Shown here piece by piece: positions 1 to 8,041 of a stretch of 64,000 nt of DNA. Every line of letters begins with the position of its first letter. Positions within the stretch are counted from its first letter, which is position 1. Position numbers and translations under genes: made by a program. The stretch comes from an uncultured delta proteobacterium. GTDB lineage: Bacteria > Desulfobacterota > Syntrophia > Syntrophales > Fen-1087. Location: positions 2,958-66,957 of the forward strand of contig CAVPSX010000005.1 in the NCBI GenBank assembly GCA_963708515.1, written 5' to 3'. Under the pieces are notes generated by a model, which searched no databases, was not told the origin of the DNA, and worked only from the letters and a program-made list of their open reading frames with translations.

Positions 1-235
1 GGATGATGGCCAGAATCATCCCTCCGCCTAGGTGTCCGCTCGAACCTGTCCCGGGAATTGTGAAATTGATCATCTGTGCCGCGAAAATGAAGGCGCCCAG
101 AACGCCCATCAGGGGAATGATTCTGTCATCGATCCGTTCCCTCAGTTTCATCGATGCATATCCGCTGACCGCTGCCGTTCCGGCCCACAACGTCGTCCCT
201 ATGGCGGGGGAAAGTAAAGCATCTGCCATGTGCAT
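1..235 (-). CDS. CbiM/NikM-type ECF transporter metal-capture component, N-terminal fragment (gene runs off window)
   Basis: Minus-strand ATG at 235 with AAGGAG 8 nt upstream. It reads MHMADALLSPAIGTTLWAGTAAVSGYASMKLRERIDDRIIPLMGVLGAFIFAAQMINFTIPGTGSSGHLGGGMILAII and is still open at base 1. The N-terminal Met-His and the TIPGTGSSGHLxGG block are CbiM/NikM hallmarks. It is absent from the ORF track because it is truncated. Confidence 0.7.
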   Translation of the reverse strand, partial: MHMADALLSPAIGTTLWAGTAAVSGYASMKLRERIDDRIIPLMGVLGAFIFAAQMINFTIPGTGSSGHLGGGMILAII

Positions 236-270
236 GGCGGTACTCCTTCATGGAATGATAGCTTTGCAGA

Positions 271-415
271 ACCGGCGAAAAATGGTTCGCAAGCGGCGAA
301 TCAAAGATTTTTCGTTGATGGGGACACGACTCCGTCATGTCCCCATGACTAATTCATCGAGCTCAAACATATTTTCTGACGAAAAAGATTTTGAGCCGCG
401 GCGAAGCTATTTTTC
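271..415 (+). repeat. MITE-like repeat, copy 1 (imperfect terminal inverted repeats of about 36 bp flanking a core that carries a GC hairpin at 320-344)
   Basis: The left arm GAAAAATGGTTCGCAAGCGGCGAATCAAAGATTTTTCG is roughly the reverse complement of the right arm CGAAAAAGATTTTGAGCCGCGGCGAAGCTATTTTTC. The same arms recur at 36745-36888 and 52491-52665. The core hairpin is GGGGACACGAC-TCC-GTCATGTCCCC. Confidence 0.7.
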
Positions 416-454
416 ATAGGTCCCTGAAGATAAGAATGACTCATGTGTCGCCTG

Positions 455-1231
455 CTAAAATCTGAACGCCATTCCCGCCATCAGCGACCAATCGGCTTCG
501 GCGGCATTCAAGCCGCATTTCACGCCGAAGTCGACATCGAAACGCTCGGTCACGGAGTAGATGACACCGCCGAGGAGAAAGGCGGGGTCCTTATCGGCTG
601 TCTTGTCACGATTCCGCTCGATGCCGATGTTCCCCACGAGCTTCAGGTTCTTGACGACTTCGTACGTTGCGGCGAAGGATGCATGCCATATGTTTTTCTC
701 TTCATCCGCCTTGTTCTCGTTCCCTATGTAGCCGACATTCACATGGAATGACCAGGGTGCGGCTTCCTTTGAGCCAATGAAAAATGCATGATATCCGGTT
801 CTACCGGTGCCGAGGCCTTTTTCATCATTGCCCGTCGGAATCCTCACGCCGGGTTTCAGCGCCAGACTCAGCCCGTCTTTCTCGAAGAATCGCCACTTGA
901 CCTCAACGGTCATGTCCGAGACGCCGTTTTCATCATAGACAGTGACCCCATCTGCCTTGACCTTGCCCCACTGATAGGGAAGGCTCAGAACAAGATCTGC
1001 ATTCTCAATGAAACCATAGGAGAAAGTCGTTGCAATCTGACCGCCTGTTGCCTCTGCAGATACACCGCTGACAGTTTCCTTGTCGGAGTCGTACTGACCG
1101 CTGACCTCCACTTGAAACTTTCCTTTCCCCTGTGTGCCCGTGTCGTCCGTGATGAGCGGATGGGCGCCCCAGACAACCGCATGAAACAGCAGCAGCATGC
1201 TCACGAACAAACCCTTGATGATATGACGCAT
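455..1231 (-). CDS. Outer-membrane beta-barrel protein, MetA-pathway/phenol-degradation-like transporter family
   Basis: 258 aa from ATG 1231 with AGGAG 9 nt upstream; the ORF-track start at 1258 is an upstream in-frame ATG. It has a signal peptide, then HPLITDDTGTQGKGKFQVE, an alternating beta-strand pattern and a C-terminal ...GMAFRF. Confidence 0.65.
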   Translation of the reverse strand: MRHIIKGLFVSMLLLFHAVVWGAHPLITDDTGTQGKGKFQVEVSGQYDSDKETVSGVSAEATGGQIATTFSYGFIENADLVLSLPYQWGKVKADGVTVYDENGVSDMTVEVKWRFFEKDGLSLALKPGVRIPTGNDEKGLGTGRTGYHAFFIGSKEAAPWSFHVNVGYIGNENKADEEKNIWHASFAATYEVVKNLKLVGNIGIERNRDKTADKDPAFLLGGVIYSVTERFDVDFGVKCGLNAAEADWSLMAGMAFRF

Positions 1232-1261
1232 CTGTTCAGTTTCTCCTTTATGAATCATCCG

Positions 1262-1288
1262 GTATTATGAATTCAATATTCGTAACAC
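1262..1288. promoter_or_regulatory. Predicted NikR operator upstream of the outer-membrane barrel gene
   Basis: GTATTAT-N13-GTAACAC is an inverted repeat. It matches the GTGTTAC-N13-GTAACAC type of NikR box reported for non-enterobacterial lineages. A second copy with identical spacing lies at 1738-1764. Confidence 0.55.
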
Positions 1289-1308
1289 ATGCGAATAAAA
1301 AAATACGT

Positions 1309-1725
1309 CTACCCGATCTCCCGCCCCGTGCTGGACATGCTCAGGGTCACGTGACGGACCCCCTTGATGGAGGTCAAGGCGTCGGCCAGCTTCTGCACCT
1401 CTTCAGCCCTGCCCCTGGCGGCCACGATCTCAAGGCAATTGTGGTGATCGAGGTGGATGTGCTGGGTCGAGATGATCACCCCCTGGAACTCATGCTGGGT
1501 GTCGGTCACTCTGGAGAGGACGTCCCGTCTGTGGTGATCGTAGATCAGCGTGATGGCGCCTGCCACATCGCGGCCCTCCCGCCATTCCCTCTGGACCAGC
1601 TCCCGGCGGATCAGGTCCCGCAGGGCCTCTGAGCGGTTTGTGTACTGCCTTTCCCGGATCTGAGCATCGAAACTCATTAGGAGGGATTTTTCCAGGGAAA
1701 CCCCGAAACGAACCAGTTCGGACAT
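1309..1725 (-). CDS. nikR: Nickel-responsive transcriptional regulator NikR
   Basis: 138 aa. The N-terminal ribbon-helix-helix reads MSELVRFGVSLEKSLLMSFDAQIRERQYTNRSEALRDLIR. The C-terminal ACT-like metal domain has His-rich HHRRD...HIHLDHHNCLE. Confidence 0.85.
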   Translation of the reverse strand: MSELVRFGVSLEKSLLMSFDAQIRERQYTNRSEALRDLIRRELVQREWREGRDVAGAITLIYDHHRRDVLSRVTDTQHEFQGVIISTQHIHLDHHNCLEIVAARGRAEEVQKLADALTSIKGVRHVTLSMSSTGREIG

Positions 1726-1737
1726 CGTCAGTTCACC

Positions 1738-1764
1738 GTATTACGTTTTTCGTTTTCATAACAC
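1738..1764. promoter_or_regulatory. Predicted NikR operator immediately upstream of nikR (autoregulation)
   Basis: GTATTAC-N13-ATAACAC sits 13 nt upstream of the nikR start codon. Its architecture matches the site at 1262-1288. Confidence 0.5.
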
Positions 1765-1789
1765 AAATAAATATTCTGTCAAGATCTAT

Positions 1790-2359
1790 TCAGACCTTCT
1801 CTCTGAAGCGTGCGACGATATTTTGCCTGTGATTGCAATAAATGAACAGGGCCGTGGCGACGGCGCCGCATGTTGCCGCGGCGCGGTAATCGCAGGCGAT
1901 AATGGTTCCGCCTGCAAGAACGGCGATCATGAAAAAAGAGGCGATGAAAGGGATACGGACGATGCCATAGACCACCACCCAGACGAGGGCGGACAGGGCT
2001 GCGGCCAAGGGGGAAATGAGGATCGTAAACCCCAGGTAGCCCGCCACGCCTCTGCCGCCGCGAAACTGATGAAAGCAGGGGAAGCGGTTGCCGAAGACGA
2101 GGGCCAGGCCCGCCCACGTTACCCATTCCGCTTCCATGACCTGAAGCGCCGTCCAGGCTACGAGGAGGGCACGCCCCAGATCAAGAATGAGGACGAAAGC
2201 GGCCCAGAGCCATCCGGCCTGTCGATAGACATTGGTGACGCCGGCATTGCCGCTGAGTTGCTGTCTCGGATCGCCTTTGTCCAGCCAGTGAAACAGTAGG
2301 ATGGAAAAATTGACGGAACCCGCGAGATAGGCCGCGGCCAGCATGAAGGCTGTCCTCAT
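1790..2359 (-). CDS. plsY: Glycerol-3-phosphate acyltransferase PlsY
   Basis: 189 aa polytopic membrane protein. It carries AAYLAGSVNFSILL and SGNAGVTNVYR (the GSGNxGATNxxR-type motif). Its start overlaps the upstream stop (ATGA). Confidence 0.8.
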   Translation of the reverse strand: MRTAFMLAAAYLAGSVNFSILLFHWLDKGDPRQQLSGNAGVTNVYRQAGWLWAAFVLILDLGRALLVAWTALQVMEAEWVTWAGLALVFGNRFPCFHQFRGGRGVAGYLGFTILISPLAAALSALVWVVVYGIVRIPFIASFFMIAVLAGGTIIACDYRAAATCGAVATALFIYCNHRQNIVARFREKV

Positions 2360-3912
2360 TCTTCCGTTCCCTTCTTCACCATCGTAAAAAGATGGTCATC
2401 AACCGTGTCGTGAAAGGCCCGATACAGGACCCCGTCAACGATTAGCCGGCTTTCGAAGCAGCCTATTGCCTGAACCCGTACAGACGTCCAGGAGGCGGCA
2501 AGGGGCCAATTCATCATCTTGGCTATTCCCTCCTTGATGGACCAGACACGCATGGATGCTTCGATGTCGCCCAGTGACGATGCCGCCGTTAAAGCCTGTT
2601 CTTCCTTCCCCATATAGATGCGCTTGGCCTTCAGAACCCTTGCGGATATCTGTTCCACATCCACACCGATGGCCTCGTCATCCGCCACGGCAATCGCATA
2701 GCGCCGATCATGGGAGAGGGAACAGAAAGCGGGGGAGTCGCTGCCGGGGACGGGACAGCAGGGATGCGTTCCGTCGGGCATGATCGTATGGATGGCGGAG
2801 GCCGGCGTCACCCTGTCCCCATGTGCCAGTTTCCGCGCCAGGTGTTTCAGGGCGAGGCGGCCCGCCAGATAGCTTTTCTGTCTGGCCTTCCCCATACGTT
2901 CAAAGCGCTCCTGTTCATGTGGGGAAAGGGCCCGGGCTGCGAAAGGCGCCATGGCATTCAACTCAATGATGGTCGCAGCCCGGATGTGCTCCCGAATATT
3001 GGCGAGAGGGGTCGCCTCTTTGTTCAGTACCCAGCCGGGGGGCTTGAGACGGCCCTTGGAGACATCCTTCATGGTGACGCCGCAAAGCTGTTCGCACAGG
3101 TCTCCTTCGCCATTGAAAATCCAGATATCGAAGCGCAGGAAGTCCTCCGTGACGGACAAGGGAAGAATGGCGCCGTGGTAAAGTTCTCCCGGAACGGTGG
3201 GATGAACGACCCTTCTCTCCTCAAACCCCACCGGGAAGGCCACCCGGTTATGAAACCTCTGCCCCCAGGCGCACGCAGCGTGCAGGGCCCCGTCCAAAGG
3301 GAAGGGGGACCCCAGGGGTTCCGTAGATACCGGGTGTTTCGCTGCAAAGACGCGGCACAGCGCGCCGTTTTCATTAAGAAAGACGGTATCCGTAACGTTT
3401 TGGAAGGCCGGTCCAAACGGTACGAGGTCGCGGTATAAGGCTTGGGCGGGGATTCCGAAGACCATGCCGTCCAGGGCGGCGGCCAGATCCACGGGAAGCG
3501 CCGGGCCTGAATCTTCCGGTTCGGCAAAATCGACGACGGTATGGACCTTTGATCTTTTGATCCCAGCGCCCGGCATCACGCCGGTGGTCATCAATCGTGA
3601 GGTCATGCGGCCGTTTTCATAGACATCCAGTTCATGCCAGGCGTCGATGACATCTGTTTGCCTGTCGATCACCAAAAAATGGTCGAACGAGGCCCGGCGC
3701 ATGCAACGCACCGGCGTTCCCGGTCGATAAGCCTGCAATGAACCGGCCAGATGTTGCAGGATGACTGCTGCCGGCAATACGACTTTTCCGGAAAAATGAT
3801 GATCTCTGAGGTAGGGTCGAACGGGCATGGCCAGGGGGAGACGGATATGCGCCTCTGCCAGTGACCGTGTCGCGGGGGGAGGCAGCGGCGCGGGAAGGAC
3901 AGATTTTTTCAT
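2356..3912 (-). CDS. Fusion protein: PKS-type double-hotdog dehydratase domain plus 4'-phosphopantetheinyl transferase domain
   Basis: The N-terminal part has LRDHHFSGKVVLPAAV (HxxxGxxxxP), LYRDLVPFGPAFQ and PLDGALHA. The C-terminal part has SLSHDRRYAIAV, IGVDVE and WSIKEGIAK, which are PPTase motifs. Total length 518 aa. Confidence 0.7.
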   Translation of the reverse strand: MKKSVLPAPLPPPATRSLAEAHIRLPLAMPVRPYLRDHHFSGKVVLPAAVILQHLAGSLQAYRPGTPVRCMRRASFDHFLVIDRQTDVIDAWHELDVYENGRMTSRLMTTGVMPGAGIKRSKVHTVVDFAEPEDSGPALPVDLAAALDGMVFGIPAQALYRDLVPFGPAFQNVTDTVFLNENGALCRVFAAKHPVSTEPLGSPFPLDGALHAACAWGQRFHNRVAFPVGFEERRVVHPTVPGELYHGAILPLSVTEDFLRFDIWIFNGEGDLCEQLCGVTMKDVSKGRLKPPGWVLNKEATPLANIREHIRAATIIELNAMAPFAARALSPHEQERFERMGKARQKSYLAGRLALKHLARKLAHGDRVTPASAIHTIMPDGTHPCCPVPGSDSPAFCSLSHDRRYAIAVADDEAIGVDVEQISARVLKAKRIYMGKEEQALTAASSLGDIEASMRVWSIKEGIAKMMNWPLAASWTSVRVQAIGCFESRLIVDGVLYRAFHDTVDDHLFTMVKKGTEE

Positions 3913-4673
3913 GGCGTCATCTTCCGTTCCAGGAGCGCCCTGGCCTCTTCCATGAGCATGGCCGTGGACTGGTTATCCCGGTCATAGGCGGGCGTGAGTC
4001 GCCCGGCCAGTTCCACATCGATGGTACAGGCGTCGCGCGTATTGAATAACCAGCCGTCCGGGGGATAGAGTTTCTGAGTGTTCCGGATGGACACGACCAC
4101 GATAGGCGCCCGGCAGAGGCGGGCGATGCGGAAGGCCCCCTTGTCGAATGGCCCGATGCGGCCGTCACGGCTTCTTGTTCCCTCGGGGAAAATAAAGAGG
4201 TTGCCGCCGCTTGCCAGATAATCCGCCATGCTTTTAATCTGGGTCATCATGGCGTCCGAAAATCCGCCGTTCGTGATTGATGGCATGTACCCGGAGACCT
4301 TCAATATCCAACCGAATACAGGATAGCCGAAATAATCTTTTTTGACGATGGTCTTCTGTTTGTCGTAGAGCGACACGAACAGGATGGGATCGAGAAAGGA
4401 GCGGTGGTTGGCGATGATGATGGATGAGCGAAGAGAGGCGACCTCTTCCGCTATGTGCCATCGCACACCGGGAATCAGCATGCGCACCAGGGAAAAAAAA
4501 TACCGATGGAGGCGATGGTTCAACCGCTGGAACGCCCCTTCTTTGCTTTTTGAGAAATAATAGGCGTACAGGTAAAAGGGTGAAAAAAACACGAGGTAGC
4601 CCATGATGTACCAGATCCAGAGGGCGAGCGTGATAATGACATCAATGATGCGTGTTCTTGACAGAGGAAGCAT
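3909..4673 (-). CDS. 1-acyl-sn-glycerol-3-phosphate acyltransferase family (PlsC-like), membrane anchored
   Basis: It has N-terminal TM helices, NHRSFLDP (HX4D) and FPEGTRSRDG motifs. It overlaps the upstream gene by 4 nt. Confidence 0.8.
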   Translation of the reverse strand: MLPLSRTRIIDVIITLALWIWYIMGYLVFFSPFYLYAYYFSKSKEGAFQRLNHRLHRYFFSLVRMLIPGVRWHIAEEVASLRSSIIIANHRSFLDPILFVSLYDKQKTIVKKDYFGYPVFGWILKVSGYMPSITNGGFSDAMMTQIKSMADYLASGGNLFIFPEGTRSRDGRIGPFDKGAFRIARLCRAPIVVVSIRNTQKLYPPDGWLFNTRDACTIDVELAGRLTPAYDRDNQSTAMLMEEARALLERKMTP

Positions 4674-4683
4674 GAGAACGCCG

Positions 4684-5925
4684 TTAATGGTCCTTCCATT
4701 TTTTAATGATGACGCTTGTGTTCACGCCGCCGAAGGCAAAATTCTGGATGGCCGCAATCCCGATCGGATAGTCTCTCACGGCCTGGACATGGCGGATCAT
4801 GGCGCACCGCTCATCCACCTCTTCGAGATTCAGGGTCGGTACGATATAGCCTTCGGCCATGAGATAGGCTGCAATGATGGTTTCAATGGCCCCGCACGAT
4901 CCCATGGTATGCCCCATATAGCTCTTGAGGCCGACAACCGCAGGACGGTTTCCGTAAACGGCATGGATGGCCTGAGCCTCGATGACATCGCCCATCTTGG
5001 TTCCCGTCGCGTGGGCGCTGATGAAATCCACGTCGTCGGCAGGGATCCGGGCATCCTGCAGAGCGAGCCGCATGGTCTCGGCGATGCCGTTGATATTGGG
5101 CAGGATCAGATCTCCTCCGTTGTTGTTGCAGGAAAAGCCGATGACCTCCGCCAGAATGGTCGCGCCGCGTTTTCGGGCCCGTTCGTATTCCTCGAGGAGG
5201 ACCGCACCGGCCCCTTCGCCCACAACGAGACCGTCCCGCTTTTCGTCGAAGGGGCGCGGGGTCAGATGGGGCGTCTCGTTAAAAGCGGTGGAACAGGCGA
5301 GGAGATTGTCGAAGACGGCCACGGTGGTCGTGTCATATTCGTCGGCCCCGCCGCAGATCATGGCATCCTGCATGCCGTATTTGACCATTTCATAGCCGTA
5401 GCCGATGGATTGGCTGCTGGTCGTGCATGCTGTGGAAGAGGAGATGACGCGGCCGGTGATGCCGAACATCTTGGTGATGTTCACGGCGGTGGTGTGGACC
5501 ATGGATTTCAGATAATCCACCGCCCCGATGGATGAAAACCCGTTCCGGGAGCCGCTGAAGAAGGTCTTGTAAATCCCCCGCTGCACCGTGGGGCTCCCGT
5601 GCGTCGAACCGAAGGCGACACCCAGGCGCCCTGAAGTGATAAAGGCCTCATCCAGGCCGGCGGCCTCGAGAACCTCCTTCGCCACCTGACAGGCATAATA
5701 GGCTACCGGTCCCATGGTCTTCCGATGCTGACGCTTGAAATCGTAGGTAATGGGATAATCAACCGTCCCGAAGACTTTGGAGTGAATGTAGCGGGTCAAC
5801 ACATCGTCCTCCTTGAGGACCTTGACCCCGGAGACCCCATGGCTCAAGTTATGGAGGATCTCTTCTCTGGAGCGGCCGATGGGCGTGATGGCCGAACAAG
5901 CAGTAATGACGACTCTTCTTCCCAT
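4684..5925 (-). CDS. Beta-ketoacyl-ACP synthase (KAS I/II-like)
   Basis: 413 aa. The active-site Cys lies in SSSTACTTSS. The two His lie in SAHATGTKMGD and YMGHTMGSCG. The C-terminus is NFAFGGVNTS. Confidence 0.85.
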   Translation of the reverse strand: MGRRVVITACSAITPIGRSREEILHNLSHGVSGVKVLKEDDVLTRYIHSKVFGTVDYPITYDFKRQHRKTMGPVAYYACQVAKEVLEAAGLDEAFITSGRLGVAFGSTHGSPTVQRGIYKTFFSGSRNGFSSIGAVDYLKSMVHTTAVNITKMFGITGRVISSSTACTTSSQSIGYGYEMVKYGMQDAMICGGADEYDTTTVAVFDNLLACSTAFNETPHLTPRPFDEKRDGLVVGEGAGAVLLEEYERARKRGATILAEVIGFSCNNNGGDLILPNINGIAETMRLALQDARIPADDVDFISAHATGTKMGDVIEAQAIHAVYGNRPAVVGLKSYMGHTMGSCGAIETIIAAYLMAEGYIVPTLNLEEVDERCAMIRHVQAVRDYPIGIAAIQNFAFGGVNTSVIIKKWKDH

Positions 5926-5979
5926 AAAAAACTCCTGTTGCCTCCCAGGGGCCTTTTGACAACTGACGCCTGATTTGCC

Positions 5980-6240
5980 CTATGCTGTTTGCCTTGCTAT
6001 CGCCAGGGCCTGGATATAATCGATCACATGATTGAGGGTCCGGATGTCCATGGCACGCTTCTTTTCCTCCTGGCTGAGTTCAGAATCGAGAAGGTTTTCG
6101 ATTTCCAGCAGCAATTCGATGGCGTCGATACTGTCAAACTCATGAACTTTCCGGAGATCGTCATCCATCCCGGGATTTTCGATCTCAAACTCCTTCCGGA
6201 AAAACTCAAGGATTCTTGCTTCAATCTCAGCTCGCGTCAT
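5980..6240 (-). CDS. Acyl carrier protein
   Basis: 86 aa from ATG 6240 with AGGAG 8 nt upstream; the longer ORF-track start would overlap the thioesterase gene. The phosphopantetheine attachment motif is HEFDSIDAIELLLEIE. Confidence 0.75.
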   Translation of the reverse strand: MTRAEIEARILEFFRKEFEIENPGMDDDLRKVHEFDSIDAIELLLEIENLLDSELSQEEKKRAMDIRTLNHVIDYIQALAIARQTA

Positions 6241-6268
6241 CTCAGGTCTCCTGTACAAATCATCGTCT

Positions 6269-6748
6269 TCAGACGGGAAATGCCTTCCAAAGCCGGACCG
6301 TCTTGAGATCGACAGCCGTGGGTTTCCCTGACGCATTCAGGGCGCAGTGCTTTGTAAATCCCCTGCAGACGAGAGCTCCTGATTCAGCATGGGTGATTAC
6401 ATAATCGAAGCGGATCTTCACCCGTTCCAGTTCCGCGGGCCGGGTATGGATCCACATAGGATCATCATAATAGAGAGGCTCATAGAATTGAATTCCCAGG
6501 TCGATAATGGGATAGACAAACCCACTCGCCTCTATCTCCTTGTAAGGAAAGGCCGTGTCCCGCATGAGGGAGGCGCGGCCGTATTCAAAATATCGCAGAT
6601 AATTGGCATGATAGACGACGGCCGACCGATCCGTATCGGCATACAGGATCCTGTTTGCACAGCGGTGCCAGCAAAGGCCGTCCTCCATGTCCCGTATGTA
6701 GCGCACGTCGTTTCCCAGGGCTTCCGGTCGGAAAGGTCGCGGCTTCAT
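6269..6748 (-). CDS. Hotdog-fold acyl-CoA/acyl-ACP thioesterase (YbgC/4HBT family)
   Basis: 159 aa with ILYADTDRSAVVYHANYLRYFEYGR, the typical 4HBT catalytic Asp region. It overlaps the upstream ketosynthase gene by 4 nt. Confidence 0.75.
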   Translation of the reverse strand: MKPRPFRPEALGNDVRYIRDMEDGLCWHRCANRILYADTDRSAVVYHANYLRYFEYGRASLMRDTAFPYKEIEASGFVYPIIDLGIQFYEPLYYDDPMWIHTRPAELERVKIRFDYVITHAESGALVCRGFTKHCALNASGKPTAVDLKTVRLWKAFPV

Positions 6749-8013
6749 GCTACCCCCCTGAACAGGATGCAGCAGTTCGTGCCCCCGAATCCGAAGGCGT
6801 TCGCCAGGGTGATTTCATGATGAACCTTCCGGGCCTCATGGGGGACAAAGTCCAGGCCGTCAAATGCCGGGTCGTGAAGGTAGTTGATGGTGGGCAGCAT
6901 GATCCCCCGGCGCATCCCCTCGATGGCCAGGGCATTCTCGATGGCGGCGGCGGCGCCCAGTGTATGGCCGATCTGCGACTTATTCGACGAGATGGGGATA
7001 TGATGCAGCGTCTCGCCGAAGACGGCCCGAAGGCACTCCACTTCCGTCGCGTCTCCCTTGGGTGTTGAGGTGCCGTGGGCGTTGATGTACTGGACATCGC
7101 GGGGAGTCAGTCCCGCATCGTCAATGGTTTCCCGGATGGCCCGGATGATCGTTGCCGGATTGGGCCGGGTGAAATGATGGGCGTCGGAGGTCCAGCCCAC
7201 ACCCATGACCTCCGCCCGTGCCTGAAGGCCGTATCTTGCGATGGCTTCGTCGGCCGCCAGGACAATCACACCGCCTCCCTCGGAAAAGACAAAGCCCCGC
7301 CGATCCCTGCTGAACGGCCGGGAGGCCTGGGCCGGGTCCGAATAGGCCCGGTCGCGCGCGTTAACCTTGATGGTGGCGTTCATGTTTGCAAAACCGTGAA
7401 TAATTTCCGGCATAATGGGCATATCCACGCCTCCCGCCAAGACAAAGTCGCAGTCGCCGTCCCGGATCATCCGGGCGCCGATGCCGACGGCGTGATTTCC
7501 CGAAGCGCAGGCCCCCTGGGGCGAAAAGATGGGGCCGGTAAACCCCATGAGCATCCCCGCCTTGCCTGAGGGCAGGTTGGCGCAGAGATTGGGCAAGAGA
7601 TACGGACTGATCTTCAGGGGCTCCTCGTCGCGCATGTTCCCCGCAGCGGTCCGGAAGGCATCCGTTCCGTTGATGGCGGAACCGATCAGGCAGGCTGTCC
7701 GCGGGCCGGTATCCTGATCCATTTGAAGCCCCGCGTTCTCCAGGGCTTCCTTCACGACGGCCATGGTGAGAATCACGAAAGAGGCGTTCCAGTTGTAAAC
7801 CTCCTTTTCGTTGGAAAAATCGAAGGCCAGGGGATTCCAGTCTGGAATCTCGCCGACGATGTTGCAGAGGGATTCCACATGGCAGCGGGTTACCTTGCGG
7901 AATCCAGCCTCGCCCCGGATGGCCCGCTCCCAGGTTTGGGGAAAGGTTTTCCCCAGCGGCGTCGCCGCGCCGTACCCAATGACAAAAACCTTTCTATTCT
8001 TCGGAGCCTTCAT
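6745..8013 (-). CDS. Beta-ketoacyl synthase (FabF/PKS KS-like)
   Basis: 422 aa. It has Cys in QGACASGNHA, His in NAHGTSTPKGD and His in SQIGHTLGAAA, so the Cys-His-His triad is intact. Confidence 0.85.
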   Translation of the reverse strand: MKAPKNRKVFVIGYGAATPLGKTFPQTWERAIRGEAGFRKVTRCHVESLCNIVGEIPDWNPLAFDFSNEKEVYNWNASFVILTMAVVKEALENAGLQMDQDTGPRTACLIGSAINGTDAFRTAAGNMRDEEPLKISPYLLPNLCANLPSGKAGMLMGFTGPIFSPQGACASGNHAVGIGARMIRDGDCDFVLAGGVDMPIMPEIIHGFANMNATIKVNARDRAYSDPAQASRPFSRDRRGFVFSEGGGVIVLAADEAIARYGLQARAEVMGVGWTSDAHHFTRPNPATIIRAIRETIDDAGLTPRDVQYINAHGTSTPKGDATEVECLRAVFGETLHHIPISSNKSQIGHTLGAAAAIENALAIEGMRRGIMLPTINYLHDPAFDGLDFVPHEARKVHHEITLANAFGFGGTNCCILFRGVA

Positions 8014-8041
8014 TTTTTATGATCTCTTGCACACGATTGAA

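Noticed and set aside
126-338. Short ORFs with a conserved peptide (…CPHQRKIF[DH]SPLANHF[SP]PV…) at 126-338, 36564-36791 and 52344-52559.
   Set aside because: The conservation is at the DNA level, inside the left arm of the MITE-like repeat. The ORFs have different lengths and ends, have no RBS, and overlap the 3' ends of real genes.
3-419. A 138-aa plus-strand ORF at the window start.
   Set aside because: The opposite strand encodes a clear CbiM/NikM N-terminus with an RBS. The rest of the ORF runs through the MITE-like repeat.
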